Shown here: one piece after another, positions 12,338 to 27,373 of the stretch
How the letters are laid out: each line of letters begins with the position of its first letter
How positions within the stretch are numbered: position 1 is the first letter of the stretch
From: Basidiobolus meristosporus CBS 931.73
Lineage: Eukaryota; Fungi; Basidiobolomycota
DNA: 64,000 nt
Direction of reading: 5' to 3'
NCBI GenBank assembly: GCA_002104905.1
Contig: MCFE01000137.1
Span: 93,611 to 157,610, forward strand
The notes under the pieces: model-generated
The model's database searches: none
The model's input: only the letters and a program-made list of their open reading frames with translations
Told to the model about the DNA's origin: nothing
Translations under genes and position numbers: made by a program

Positions 12338-13106
12338 TCATCTTAGGCGTTGTGAATATTGCTCGATGAGGATGGTCAATGTCTCAAGGTCAGCCCTACA
12401 GTGTATGCGGTCCGAGCTATACGATGGCGGACCCTGCAAATTGGGGGATGACGGACATCGGCTGGAGTAGGCTGGGGGATCGATAGTCTCATCTGCCAAG
12501 TATGGAATGCCGGGTTGGATGGAGAAGCGGCTCAGACTTCCATGCATATGGTCAGAGAGCATTGAACGGTCCACGCAGTATTCTGTGGATTCGTATGATT
12601 GATGAGTAGTAAGATATGGATCGAGGCATTGTTGATTGGAAGTTTTCCAATGGTTTTCGATGGACGCGGCCGCCTCCCCAAGAGTGATACCTGATCTCAA
12701 AATAATGGGCAGATACTGCTTGGGAAGATTGGATTTGCTGTCAAAGCGATCATAGTCTTGATCCACCGTGCCTCGTATCACACAACGCCATGGATTAAGA
12801 GAGAATTTGCCAACCCTTTGGAATTCAAATGTCAGTCTGTTCAACGAAGGGGTGTGGGAATCGCCGGGCAAAATCTCAACGCAGACATTCCGATGCTTAT
12901 AAAGCCACTTGAGTATGCTTTCACGGAACCCGAAGAGAACAAAAATCGGTCGGAAATCATACGAGAGTGTAAGCTTATGGTTGAGCTTGGGCCTCAATAT
13001 AGCGGAGCTATCGAAGTTGTCTGGAACAAAACGGTAAGCAAAACGAAAGGGTGCTCACTGTGCCATTACACAGCTACTTGCCTATTTCTACGAATCCATA
13101 GCGCAT
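12338..13106 (-). CDS. Hypothetical protein (about 235 aa), two exons with a probable GC-AG intron at 13021-13081
   Basis: The long ORF lacks an ATG. An upstream exon ATGCGCTATGGATTCGTAGAAATAG joins in frame across GCAAGT...GCTTAC...TTCCAG. The C-terminus has PPAY/PPSY motifs. Confidence 0.6.
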
Positions 13107-14210
13107 GATAAGGGTGGGGCTTTAATCTGAAAATGGCTGATATCTGGCGTGAGTCTTGAAGCGAAGTAGAGGCTTGAAGAGAGCACGGAGATGTGGGAAA
13201 CGATGGGAGGAGTTGGAATTCACCCTTGAAACGGCAGTAGTAATAGGAAATACTAGAAAATGGTGGGGATTGAGACTGCTAGCTGGAATGAGCTAAAGGT
13301 AAACTGCATAAAGCAAAGTATCCAAGGGAATGATGAGCTTATAAAAGGGATCACACTCCAAATATATACCAAATATGGTGAAATGCAATTAAGACAACCT
13401 GATTTGTATCCTACAACAACATTCGCCTAGATCACCTTGATCTACCGCTTGATACACCGTTTCTCTGTTTTTCGTAATAATAGATTCTTGCTTACCAAAC
13501 TATCTGCAGTTTCAAATATTACACGAAATGGATGGAACACGAAAAATACTGGACATTATTGCGCCATCAAATTGGCACGTTGCCATAGGTTTCCTGGCAA
13601 TCACGGAATTTGCTGCAGTAAACCCTAGTGCTTGGTAGGTGGCACGGTGGTTTGCGGAATGAACAATCAGAATGCGTTGAATGGTATCTCCGTGGATCCA
13701 TTCACATCCTTCAGGCTGTTGCCCTTCTACTCTGAGATAGAGCTAATGCTCAGCATGTATTCAGCTCAGAATGTGGATCCACCTCATTACGGAAGAAAAG
13801 CCCATTGGCTGAGGGGAACAAGCCGTATTGGATTCTAATACTAAGTTGAAACCTTATTGATCAGCGACAAATCCCTATATGTGAATAGAATCCAATCCTC
13901 TGTTGACTGTTTCTCGTGGCGAGGGTTGAGCGAGCCTCTCGGCTTCCATCATTCCGGCAGTGGTTGTGGTTCAGTTGTTGACATACCAGCAATCTTCCAG
14001 CATATGTGTCGACGGAAGTCACGGCCTTGATTGCATTATTTCGCGAACATCTCATTGGCGACACGAAATTCCGAGGGCATTGGCCCAGACGACGTGGTTT
14101 ATTTTAATATGTATAAATCTGAGCTAGACAGGGCATATAAGCACCTCCGGGCTCAGTTCTTCTGGTCATGTGAAGCCGTCTCAGGGTGGGCGTAATGGCC
14201 ATTGTACACG

Positions 14211-17200
14211 CTATGAGTGGGTCGAATTGTAAAGGCTGCCCTTGTTGAGCCTGCGTCTAAATCTATGCGCTCGTTTGTGGATCTGCTTCAGGTCTGAGAT
14301 ATGTCTCATGGTAGGCCTACCATGTGGGCAATTCTATGGTCAACATCGATCAGTAATTGGTCCACTCCCAAGTTGTGTAGGCTTGAAATCTACTTACCCA
14401 CGGTTGGTCAATCTCGGCCATATGCCTAACAATCTGGACATAGCGAGCAGGTAAATTTACACCCGTGCGAAGTGGCCCTTGTATTGAAACGTACCTTCTC
14501 CATCCGGGCTTTTGTTAACGGATCGCCAATCATGACGGCGCTTCTACATGCTCTCGAAGCAAACATCTTCCGGATCCGAGAGAACTTGACCGACTCTCCA
14601 GGATTCTCAGTCAGTAGGTGAATTAGCTCTTCTAGATCTAGCATAAGCATTAGTCTCTGCATCAAGCCGGCAAAGGTTCATCACGCAATAAGCCACCTTG
14701 CACCCCGAATTCCAATTGTTTGCTGTAAGGGACTGTAAGAAGCTTAATCCGTTTGGTGGGGACCCTATCCGGGTTGTATTCAATTTCGAATCCATTTTCC
14801 TTTAAAACATGGGAATATTCCACTGCGACTAATTCATCTGCTGCTGTAAGCTCGATTGGCTTTGGACTATAGATAGCAATATCAGTTCGCAAGATTCGTT
14901 ATTAGCATGCCAAGGAACTTGCCACTTACATGAGAAGCCTTTGCGTCTGTATGACGGTCGATTTCTGTAGGGATTCAAACCTGTACTTCTCGTCTGATGC
15001 ATGCTGATCGATAATAAAGAGGTCATTTCTGACGGAATCCTTCAGCCTTGCGATGATGAAACCGAGGTTGAATTGACCAACGACCTGCATGTTCAGAAAA
15101 TCGCTCTTTGATATTACTCTCTCAAGGATTGACTCCGCTTTTTCGTTGTCCAATTCATTGAGATTTGCTCCTGTTAGCTCATCGGTGTGCTCCTCAACCA
15201 CTGTGCAGACCTGATCAATGCTGGATGGTGAATGGTATCGAGACATGTCGAAATTAAGCTGAAGCGAATTTGAATATCCAAGATTGTTTACTCTCAAAGG
15301 AGGATCTATAATCTCTCCAGCAGTCAGGCTGGCGCTTGGTTGTGATCCGATGCCAGTGGATGAGCTCGAGCCTGAAGCAGTTGGTTGACTCTCCACTATA
15401 GCGTTCCGCTTGAATGGAATTTGTGAGGATTTTGGGCTACATACTGGCTGAGGATCAGGTCTGGTACCTAGGGTATCGTAGTCCCTTCGCCTCTTTGGCG
15501 GCTGTATGATGGTTGAAATGATTCGCGGGCGCTGTGAAAAATCGTCTTTAGGTTGTTCTTTGGCCATTGGCAGCGCCCGTTCTCCATTTACTGCTATCAA
15601 TGATTGTATGAAATCGTGGGAGTCGTTCGTTACCTTCAGGTCCTCACTCTCAAGAGTAGGTTGTTTTCCTTTGTCGGTCGACCTGGAGCTATTCACGAAT
15701 TCAATTGTTTCTGATGAAAAGCTTTCTATAGTTTGACCACTGGAAGTGTCTGAGCAAACTTCCCTTACAGCCTGCTCAATCACTAGGGACACCTCTTCAG
15801 ACTTCGCCTGACTACTTGGCCCATCGACTATATTGGAATTCGGAGATGGACTTGCTAAAGAAATATCGTATGTCTGGGATACGGATACGTCTTGCTCGGT
15901 AATTTCGGGCGTCGGCATGTACGACTGTATTGACGCCGTCGTAAAAGTAGACTTGAATGGTTGGAGTAGTATCTCTAATTGTTCCTACAAAAACTAGATG
16001 AATTCGCCAGTCGGCAACAGTTCTTCAGAGCTCCAAGGGTACCTTTAAGCTTTCAGCTAGCTCTTTTTCATTATGTATATATATTGTCCGCTTATCCGGA
16101 GTCACATTTACATCATAACAGCCTAAGAGTAATTGAGTATCAAAGCAACGCAATTATAAAGTCTACCGGATACACACTTGTGTCTATAAGAATATTTGCC
16201 ACCACGAAAGGGTACTGTCCAGAGTTACAAGTCCGATATATCTCATTGAATACTTTGGCGATCTATATAATATTTAGGTGAGCATCTGCTGTAACATTTT
16301 ACAGTTTAAACATACCTTAGGCAGGTCGCAAGGTCGTCCATTGATGTAGAAAAACTGTCTATCTAAACAGCTTCGCCCCGCGCCTCCTGTCGGCTTCGAG
16401 ATGTGTCCTACCACCTGGATACTTTGAATGTTTCAACGAGTTAATAGTATTATAATATCTTGAGGTCGGAGTAAGAATACATACCAGGTGGAAACACCAC
16501 TCATGGAGAACTTGAGTTCCAAAGGGGTCAGTTGAGCTGCTATCTTTGCGCCAAAAATATTGGCAATATTTTCTAGTGAGGTCTTGTTTCCTTTGGTTGA
16601 TAGAGCGATTTGACGATTCCTACACAAGCAATCAGTATCTGATAAAATAAGACAAACTACAAGATAGAGGCTGACCCTTTGAGTGGTTGGTTGCTCAAGA
16701 CAAACTTGACATTCTCGGAGATTATAGCATATGCCTGAACCAGGGTCAAGCATTTTCCGTATTCTCTCTTGGAATTCTTTTTGAATTCTTTAAAACGCAC
16801 CGGTAAAGTGTGGAACAACTTTTGTACTTGCACTGTTACGCCTTTCTTATTACAGCGCAACACTTTGTTACATTGACGAAATTCAGTAGGACTGAGCATT
16901 CTCACAACTTACTTCCCGTGCGCATGGTGTTGTGCTTTCTATCTTTCCATCTGAGTTGAATTCTAACTTGTTTCCCCGAGGAGCTTGCGTACGTGTTGCA
17001 GTAGTAATACGTACACTACTTAGTGCACACAGCGAACTTAGCGCTTCGCCACGGAACCCAAAAGAAGAGACTCCAGTGAGTTCATCAAAGTCACGCAGCT
17101 TGGACGTATAATGCTTTAGAGCTATCGTAGAGCAAAAAAAGCTTAGTAGCATAAAAGGAAGAGGCAGCCTCTTAAGACGTACCAATCGTGTCATAGTCTT

Positions 17201-17466
17201 CTGGCTCGATCCCATTTCCATTATCTATAATTTCTATCAAATCCAAACCAGAATCTCGGAGTTTAATCTCTACAGGAGTCCACTACGGTTTAATGTCCAT
17301 TCGTACAACTGGCAATGTCTCCCTTCAAAAACAAGATACCTATGGTGCTTGAGCCAGCGTCTAAGCTATTTTCTATTAACTCTTTTACTGCATTCGCCAA
17401 ATTTAATACCACTTGACCTGAACAAATTCTGTGAACCGTGAGCCGGTCAATTGCCTTGATCGACAT
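14211..17466 (-). CDS. PMS1: DNA mismatch repair MutL homolog Pms1 (human PMS2), multi-exon
   Basis: N-terminal GHKL ATPase ([25 protein letters not shown]; DNGNGI; [12 protein letters not shown]), endonuclease motif [25 protein letters not shown] and C-terminal [12 protein letters not shown]. Canonical GT-AG introns. Confidence 0.96.
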
Positions 17467-17898
17467 GCTGCACGATAGTATTTCGTATTTGAGTTAGTTG
17501 GTTACGGCCTCTCGCACGCAAGTTCACTTGAGTTTTGTAAGCATCTTCCCGCAGTCCCAACCATATTTTTGATTTTGTCTTGGTTAACTGATTGGTCGAA
17601 CCGAATATAATATACGCTTGCAATATTTTGACAAACTTGATTATTTGCTTATCACAACAGCTGTGGTTTTCAGTAAACAAATGAATGATTAGTGCTCGTC
17701 TAAGTTTATTATCTAAATAGCAGTGGAACATAAGTAGCAAATGAATAAATTATAAAAAAACGACCTTGTTTCATAAGGTTCTACTCTAGAGCGAGGATAT
17801 TATAAATCGCAGTTTTGGTTGGGCTTACATTTGAACATACATCTGAACATTATTAACTCTATTATGTTTACGCCGGCTGCGGACGGGGGGTATTTAAA

Positions 17899-18750
17899 TT
17901 ACAACCTTTTCTTCTTTTCATCCACCGAAAAGCCACCTGGTCCGGTACTCAATAACAGTATAAACCCGCCGACAATGCTCATGATCTGGAAAAAGTTGTA
18001 CTTCACGAAGTTTCGCTCTTGAGCATCTTCGTTGATCGACCACCAGTTATTCACGATGACATTGAAGAAGACCAGAAAGACAGACAACAATAGGGCAGAA
18101 AACTTAGCCTTGAACCCTATTGCCACCATCAACGACATAACCAGACCGATTACTGACCCCGCCAGTTTCAAAGTGGACATTCTACCTGTCAAAATGAAAG
18201 AGCCAAACAAAAGAACCAAAAGAACTCGTCCGCATAAAGCAAAGTACGAACTCCGATCTAGTTCCTGCACCATAGGGAGTCCCCCAAAAATGGCTCTAGG
18301 CTTAACCGGGCTTTCTGAAAGTAGCATAAGTATCCCACCTAGCATGCTGATATTACGCAGGAAGAAACTCCACTCCAGAAACAACCCATAGGCAAGTATT
18401 TGCGATACCACCGCTATAAACAGTCCCACAACGGCGTAGTGTACCCGGATTTTCGCGATAGCAAGAAATGACCCAACCAACATAAGCTATAAAGAGTTAA
18501 TTAGGTTGCATGTACACTTTCCGAATGCTTTACGGCAACTTACCCCAAGGTTTAGTGCTAGGAACGCATGGTTTGCTCCATGGTAAAAGCTACGATATCT
18601 CTCTAGATACAGTAGCTGTTGATCCCATTGCGTATAAATACGTAGCGAATCTTCCAAGAAGGTCGACACTAAAAGAAACCTCCCAACAAATGGAGTAAAG
18701 CTTTGGAAAAGGCTCTTTGGAAACATTTTTTGGCGTTCAGTTCTGCTCAT
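17899..18750 (-). CDS. ERV29: SURF4/Erv29 ER cargo receptor
   Basis: GRFLLVSTFLEDSLRI, FFLRNISMLGG, YNFFQIMSIVGG, GPGGFSVDEKKKRL (C-terminal dilysine). One GT-AG intron near 18485-18540. The start codon is uncertain. Confidence 0.93.
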
Positions 18751-19597
18751 CTCTCCAATCCCGACCAAGTGCTTTTTATTTGCAAAGGATAAGGTGTTGA
18801 ACTTTATAAAAATCGGAAATAATTGGGGCTAGAAAAGCAAAGAGAAGTGTATTGCACAATGGAGCGCTAGTATTGAGGGTAATGCTGGAACAATGCCATG
18901 CTCAGTGAGACATCTATCTTAAATATACAAGGCTACCAGCTGTATGCATGGTAAACGCCCGAGTGCAGGCAAGTGAAGAGAGGTGCAGCATGTTTATGTC
19001 TCCACTAGCTAGTCACCCCTTTTTGAATTCAGGCTTTTCTTTTTTACTAAACCATATAGCTATTTTTGCAATATGACAGTAAACGAGCTTACTGCTAATC
19101 GGAATAATTGGAGCATTAAGCATCATAAACATGTGGCGACAAGGGCTGTGAGCATATGCTCCACGCTGTAAGGCTTAGAATGACACGATTCCAGAAAGAC
19201 CGGTCTCATGGAAGCAATGCCATCCAAGTAACACTCACAAGCATACGCATTCCACAGTGATCTGGCGCTGAAAGCAGGATTCATCTCCAGTTACAAGTCA
19301 TGCCACTAGGGGTAATGATGCTTGACGGATTTCGTCCACCAGAAATCGACAATACGCCTTCTTGATGCTGGGATCCACTGCATCAACCAGTTGCAATAGA
19401 ACTAAACTAACTCCTATGGCAGTCTATAAACCCATCCACAAGGAGTCGAAGTGGGTCACCGACATGTGACAAACTTGAAAATGCGAGGCACCTTGCGCTC
19501 AGTGTTTTATTGCCTTGAATAATTACGATCTATATAAACATAAAAGAAATTCAAAACGCATAATGTCAAATGCATTGCGAACTGTACACTCCAAACA

Positions 19598-21701
<2,104 letters not shown>

Positions 21702-23872
21702 CCTTTCAAGGTCTAAAACAAGGAATTTGCAATTGAAAATTCACTAGCACATATACACCAGGAACGCACGAAAGGAACTGCTTGCCAACCACTTTACGGC
21801 ACAACCGCAACGATTCTTTTTTTCTTTTTGCCATTCTGATATCCGTCCGCTCCCACTCATTCCAGAATATGAGACCGAAATTAGCGATCAGGTTATTCTA
21901 GATTTTGTTTCGATTAGCCAGTTCATAAGTTGATGATTAGCAATTTGTTAGAGAATCGTCCCGCTTCCCGACGAACCATTAAACTCTGAAGTTTAAAGAT
22001 TGACCATCATCGGTGTAGCTATCAGTTGCCATTACCATCCTACCATGTTAAATTGAGATCGCTGGTATTGGTCCCGACTCGTACCTCGGTTCATATATAT
22101 ATTATGAAAGTTGGGTTTTAATCGGCCCGCAAACTATTTGTGAAGTGAAGATGGCATTGGAATCAAGGATCATAGAGAAGATGACCTAAACAAGAATATG
22201 GTTTGATTTTGGAGTGTTCAAGTGATTGCGGCTCCAGTGGAGGATTTGTGTGCAGCATGAGAAGTATTATGTGCTACAAAACCTGCTTGTCATGATAGGA
22301 TATGGCCAATGGGGTTTACATGGATAGTGTGGTGGAAATGCAAATTGTACAATATTAAAACTCAGCAGATGTTGTCACCGTCACAATTTTCGCATAGAAA
22401 ACCTTGCTGAATAAACAAGAAATACCTGGTTCTGGTAACCTGAACCTCTGGTGGTTGAATAAGGGTAGATGGGCCATTATCCAACTCTGAAACTCCGTGC
22501 ACTTCAATCACGTTTTGGCCAGGGAAGTGGGCTACTGGGGTCTTGAATGGTTTGGGATCATCAATGTGTGGAAAGTGGATGAGATGTACGCTATGCTTGC
22601 GCTATTTGTTAACGGCCGCTTGATGTTTCATCCAGTCTTTCACTTTGGGTCGGGCTCCCAACGGGTCGCTCAGGTGGCAATTGTGGAGCTGTGTTCGGTG
22701 CCGGAGTGAGAGAAATATATATGGTGGACAATTCTCATTTTGATCATTTATACCGCTGCCGGTATATGGCCTGTCATATGCAGAATGGATGGGGTGAGAG
22801 AAGTGGGTCTCAATCAAACTGCCGCCTGGAACAAGAAATTCACCAATATCTCACAACATCACCCTCTAAGACCACAGATGCCTTGTGATGCGATACACAT
22901 AGGTACAAACAGGTGAGCATCCCCACGTGAATATTTATTACGGACTCAATACAAATTAATAAGAATGGCTGCTGGCCACATAAAATCCTGATTCGTATCG
23001 CATCCGCCTCTTTGATAATCAGTAAGCAATATCAAACGATACCTTGTTTTGGAAATGCATCTGGCCACCTCATGTCAATAGTGGATTGCGGCTTGTGCTC
23101 AGCATAGGCAACCATCGAAGACTTGAAACACTGCTGATGATAAACAGAATTCCCGTCGGGTGTGCTTCTGGAAAAATCTGTCTTTTCATTCGGGATTCTG
23201 CTCGGACTGCGTAGGTGTCCTCATCACGCGGGATATGCAGGCCCGTTCCAGTCGCCTTGCCACCCTTCCCTGTGGAATTTATAGCCTGGGCTGTATGAGC
23301 CGCTGATCAGACTCTCAATAAGGTCAATGCCTGGAGGAACATTGCCGACTGGATGTGGCCTAGATCTCAGAGCCAGTTTGGGTTGGTTCCTTAAACATAG
23401 CAACAAAGTCCTCCATGCAGCAGCCAGCTGGATCTTGACTTGTTTGGCACAGTCTTGGGTAAGCAGGTTGGCATTGCCTAATGTATAAAATAGAGGGAAT
23501 CGAATGAAGTAATACCAGTCCAGTGCAATCATTTCTATCATAATGTTATTATTCACTTACATTGACATTCACATCACTTAAAGCATACATAAACCATCTG
23601 AATGACGCTTTTTCAATCATCTGGATACTCTATTAATGCGTTGTTTCATAATTGTTGGAATCAATAGTTTAATGAGATACACAGGGATGTGAGCTGGGCT
23701 GAGAATAGGGAATTTATGTTGAGTTAGGCATGTTTATACTAATTCAACTTGCCCTGCATCAAGTCAATTATATTTATCTAATTAGATCCTCGATGTTTCC
23801 AGGACCCAATCCTTTTTTCCTCTCATATTTGGGATATCTAGTGGCATATATATTGCAGCGGTTGGACGACCA

Positions 23873-24772
23873 ATGAAGCTTAGCCGTGTCTTCATTCTAA
23901 CCATGAAGACATCCCAGCTCATGTTTACGTCTGCTTTTAGCTACCGCGCAACTGCTTTCACGCTTCCTTCTTCCCTTCCATCCTGGCCTTACTACCCTTA
24001 TGTAGACCATAGTTACCCTCCGCCTCCTTCCTCTCTTCCGTTCCCTCACCAATACTCGACGTATAAGCCTCCCATGGCTCCAAGGCGAAGCTCCGTTAGT
24101 AAGCACGCAAACCTCATGAAGAGTGAGGAAATTATGAACCTAGATATCAGCCATCTGGCTTATTTCTGTGCTGACATGGTGTGTTCCATTTGGCACTTTA
24201 ATTCCGGTCTTCTAGAAATCCCCGCTGATCGAGCGTTTCAAGCGTTCTGTCGCCAGGTGCTCTCCTCCACCCAGGTCCCATTACCGGTCGTTCTCCTTGC
24301 CTTAATATATATCCAACGCTTTAAAGGCTCAAGTCCCGCTACAAAAGGAGCTGACAGCTCTGAGGGACGGCTATTTGCTGTTTCCCTCATGTTAGCCAAC
24401 AAGTATTTAGATGACAATGCCTTTACCAACCGCACGTGGTCGGAAGTCACCGGAATCCCCCTACAGGAGATCAACATAATGGAGAAGGAGTTTTTAACCG
24501 TTCTCTCGTTCAATCTTAATGTTACCAATAGAGAGTTAAAGGGGTGGTCCAAGTCGCTCAAAGACCACCTCAACTACCAGAAAACTTTAAGAGCCGCCGA
24601 AAACGTTGATAGCTCGAGCATGCCCTCTTATCATTATAATCACCGCGGCAATTTCTACTGGTCCTACTGGAATCCCTTCATGACCAGCTTTAATCCATCT
24701 TACAATTTCTTTCCCAACCTTTCTACTTGTAAGTATACCTTTCCATTTACTTATTGTCAATTGCCAGCCTAA
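23873..24772 (+). CDS. Pho85-type (PCL/Clg1-like) cyclin; start codon (possibly 24074) and 3' exon uncertain
   Basis: Cyclin box: FCRQVLSSTQVPLPVVLLALIYIQR...RLFAVSLMLANKYLDDNAFTNRTWSEVTGIPLQEINIMEKEFL. Likely donor GTAAGT near 24728. Confidence 0.88.
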   Translation: MKLSRVFILTMKTSQLMFTSAFSYRATAFTLPSSLPSWPYYPYVDHSYPPPPSSLPFPHQYSTYKPPMAPRRSSVSKHANLMKSEEIMNLDISHLAYFCADMVCSIWHFNSGLLEIPADRAFQAFCRQVLSSTQVPLPVVLLALIYIQRFKGSSPATKGADSSEGRLFAVSLMLANKYLDDNAFTNRTWSEVTGIPLQEINIMEKEFLTVLSFNLNVTNRELKGWSKSLKDHLNYQKTLRAAENVDSSSMPSYHYNHRGNFYWSYWNPFMTSFNPSYNFFPNLSTCKYTFPFTYCQLPA

Positions 24773-27373
24773 ATTCCCCCACAAACCCGTATTTCGTTTC
24801 GTATAATCTTTTGCATTCTGCCTACTCTAATCGTTCTATCCACCCCCTTTTGTCGTAATTACACTCGAGGCTACCCTTTTCACGCAAATCGCACATTCAT
24901 TTCGTTTTTGGCTTTTCATAAGTATGTTAGATTATTCCGTCTTCTTTTTTGGCCCCCCGCTCCTTATTTTGCATAATTATTCATCGCATAATTTTTCCCT
25001 CACAAAAAAGTAATTCTATTCCTTCCCAGATTCTTTTGCAAAGAATGGCACACCCCACCCCTTGTTTTATATCATTTGACACTTCATTCATGCCGCCGTT
25101 TTTTTGTATATATACAATCTGGTTAGCAAGGGAGATGTCCAGACATTGAACAAGGTTCACCTCCCAATGGCCTGCTTAGAGGTTCTTCTGATGCCGGCAT
25201 CATAGCTCGAAAGCTGTTGCTTCTGTCATTGCTGTTCCTCTATGATTGAACCTAGTCGTGAAAGTTAGCTCGGATATCTGAGGTGCACTCAACTACCAGC
25301 TTTTCAGGATGGAGCGACCGCGTTTAGTTCTCTGAGTGTTAGTTTCCCGGCCATGAACGAAACATCAAACCAGCTCTTGTGTTTACCCTTTTAATCTATT
25401 CGAGAAGGATTTCGCGAGTGTAGTCTTTATTATTTTTTGGATGAGGTTCCGCTCCCATGCCCCATCTCCCTTTGTTGTTCCGCCCATTCAATATTTCGCT
25501 TCATTTATATCGCCCGTTATGGGAAGAAGAATGCAAAAGAAATAATCAAGGTTTATCTACCAACATTTCGTTATTCGTAGTATTTATCAAGAATTCTAGC
25601 GGTATGAATTATCGGAGCCAGTGAAGTCTCTTCCAGTACTGGGCATCCTTGCTTTCTCCTTCGCGAGTAGTTGAACCATGTAGCACAACTGGTATTGATC
25701 CGACTATTGGCAATGAACACGATCGTTTCCCTCTGCTAATCCGAGCCGTTGCGATGGGGTAGGATTGCCATATAGGCAACGTAGCCAGCATATCGCTTCC
25801 ATAACAGTTATTTATCAAGTGATTCGGTTTTCAAGTAATAATTCCGGTCGACATTAAGAAAAATATCAATCAAAACAGATAGAGTGAAATTTAGATTGAC
25901 CGAAGGACAAGGGGGGATTTCGTCTACATTATATTTATAGCCGGTAGTACTTGTACACTCGGGTTAAGAATCTGAATGCTCAGCACATTAATGACAAGTT
26001 TGCATTAAACCACAGCAGGCTGATTTCAATGAAAGAGTCCTTTAACATATTTACGGGTTTTCTTGGTGCGCTTTTTTAATGAGGAGCTGAGTGAGCGGAT
26101 CGGAAAAGTAAAGAAACGTAGCCTCCATGCACGAAGTAAATTCATTGATATAGTTAGTGTGGAAGGTTTATGGTTTTTTCAACAGAAATTTTGCTCCACG
26201 AGCTACTTATAGGTTCCAAGTGCTTGCAAGTGTATGCCGGTATCAAGATTTCCATGTGGTTGATGTGCCATATGTCTCTACTATGCACAGCCTGCCTCTA
26301 GCTAAATCATACCACCATGAGTATAGTACGTCATGTTGTTAGGGTCTAAGCCCTCGAAGCTAAAAAAATTGTATTCTTAGCTGAGAATCGGTTGCAAATC
26401 CGTAAAATTTATATGAATGAATGGCCTACTTATAAGCTGTTAATTTATAGAACTGTTATTTGGTGCTGTATTGATAATGGCTGACCTTGCAGTAAGCAGC
26501 AACGGTTTGATTTGTGTTTAATACCTAAATAATGGTTAGCAGATAGCGTGCCGTTGAGACCACCCGCTCGAAATAAATTTTTCCCCGTATAAACCTGCCG
26601 CTATGATTTTCCCTATCGTACCGCCATGTTACATCTTTATCTCTACATGGAGTAACGTAGGTTTCCTCACTATTCTATAGGAACCATCAAACCTATAATG
26701 AATATTAATGTCTGGCTCAACGATGCAGGATTTTAAGGAATCTCCCTATAACGTGTGAAATAATTGAGGGCAGAATCTTCACCAATCAGCAGATATATTG
26801 AAGGGTACCCCAAGCTTACGAGAGGGTAAGGTTAAACAGATATACGGATCCCAAGTATAATACCAACGTTGCAATACCAGCGGAACCCGGGTATGTCTTC
26901 AGGCTAACATTATACGGTACTTCAAATTCCCACATATCACCCATCTGCAATTCCGACTTGGCAACGATTCGGAACGAAAAATTCGGTTGGCAAGGAATAG
27001 ATGGTAAAATAAAAACTATTGATTGATACATTGATTTATAGAAGTTCTTGATAATCATTACCCAAATACATGTCGACCAAAACTATATACTAGTAACGAA
27101 AAATGTAGTAGGTTACATCGGCTATTTAGTTGGATTCTCAGCCTTTTTTTTCGCTTCCTCTTCTCTCCGTAGTGCATGATATTAGGAGCTTCGTCAAATA
27201 TTCTCGTTTACGTCCAAAAGAGAATTTCGTCACTGGTGCTCGCTCCTGTGCCAGTCAATGCTCTTCGCTCAAATAAATTACACATCGAACTAAAGATTGT
27301 ACCAAATGCACTTGCATCTGGTTGATCGGAGACGATAACAAATAGTAGGTGTTTGTTTGGGAGAGTCAGTCTG

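Noticed and set aside
21900-23600. Short ORFs between RCM1 and the cyclin, possible integrase relic
   Set aside because: No consistent frame, splice pattern or recognisable motif.
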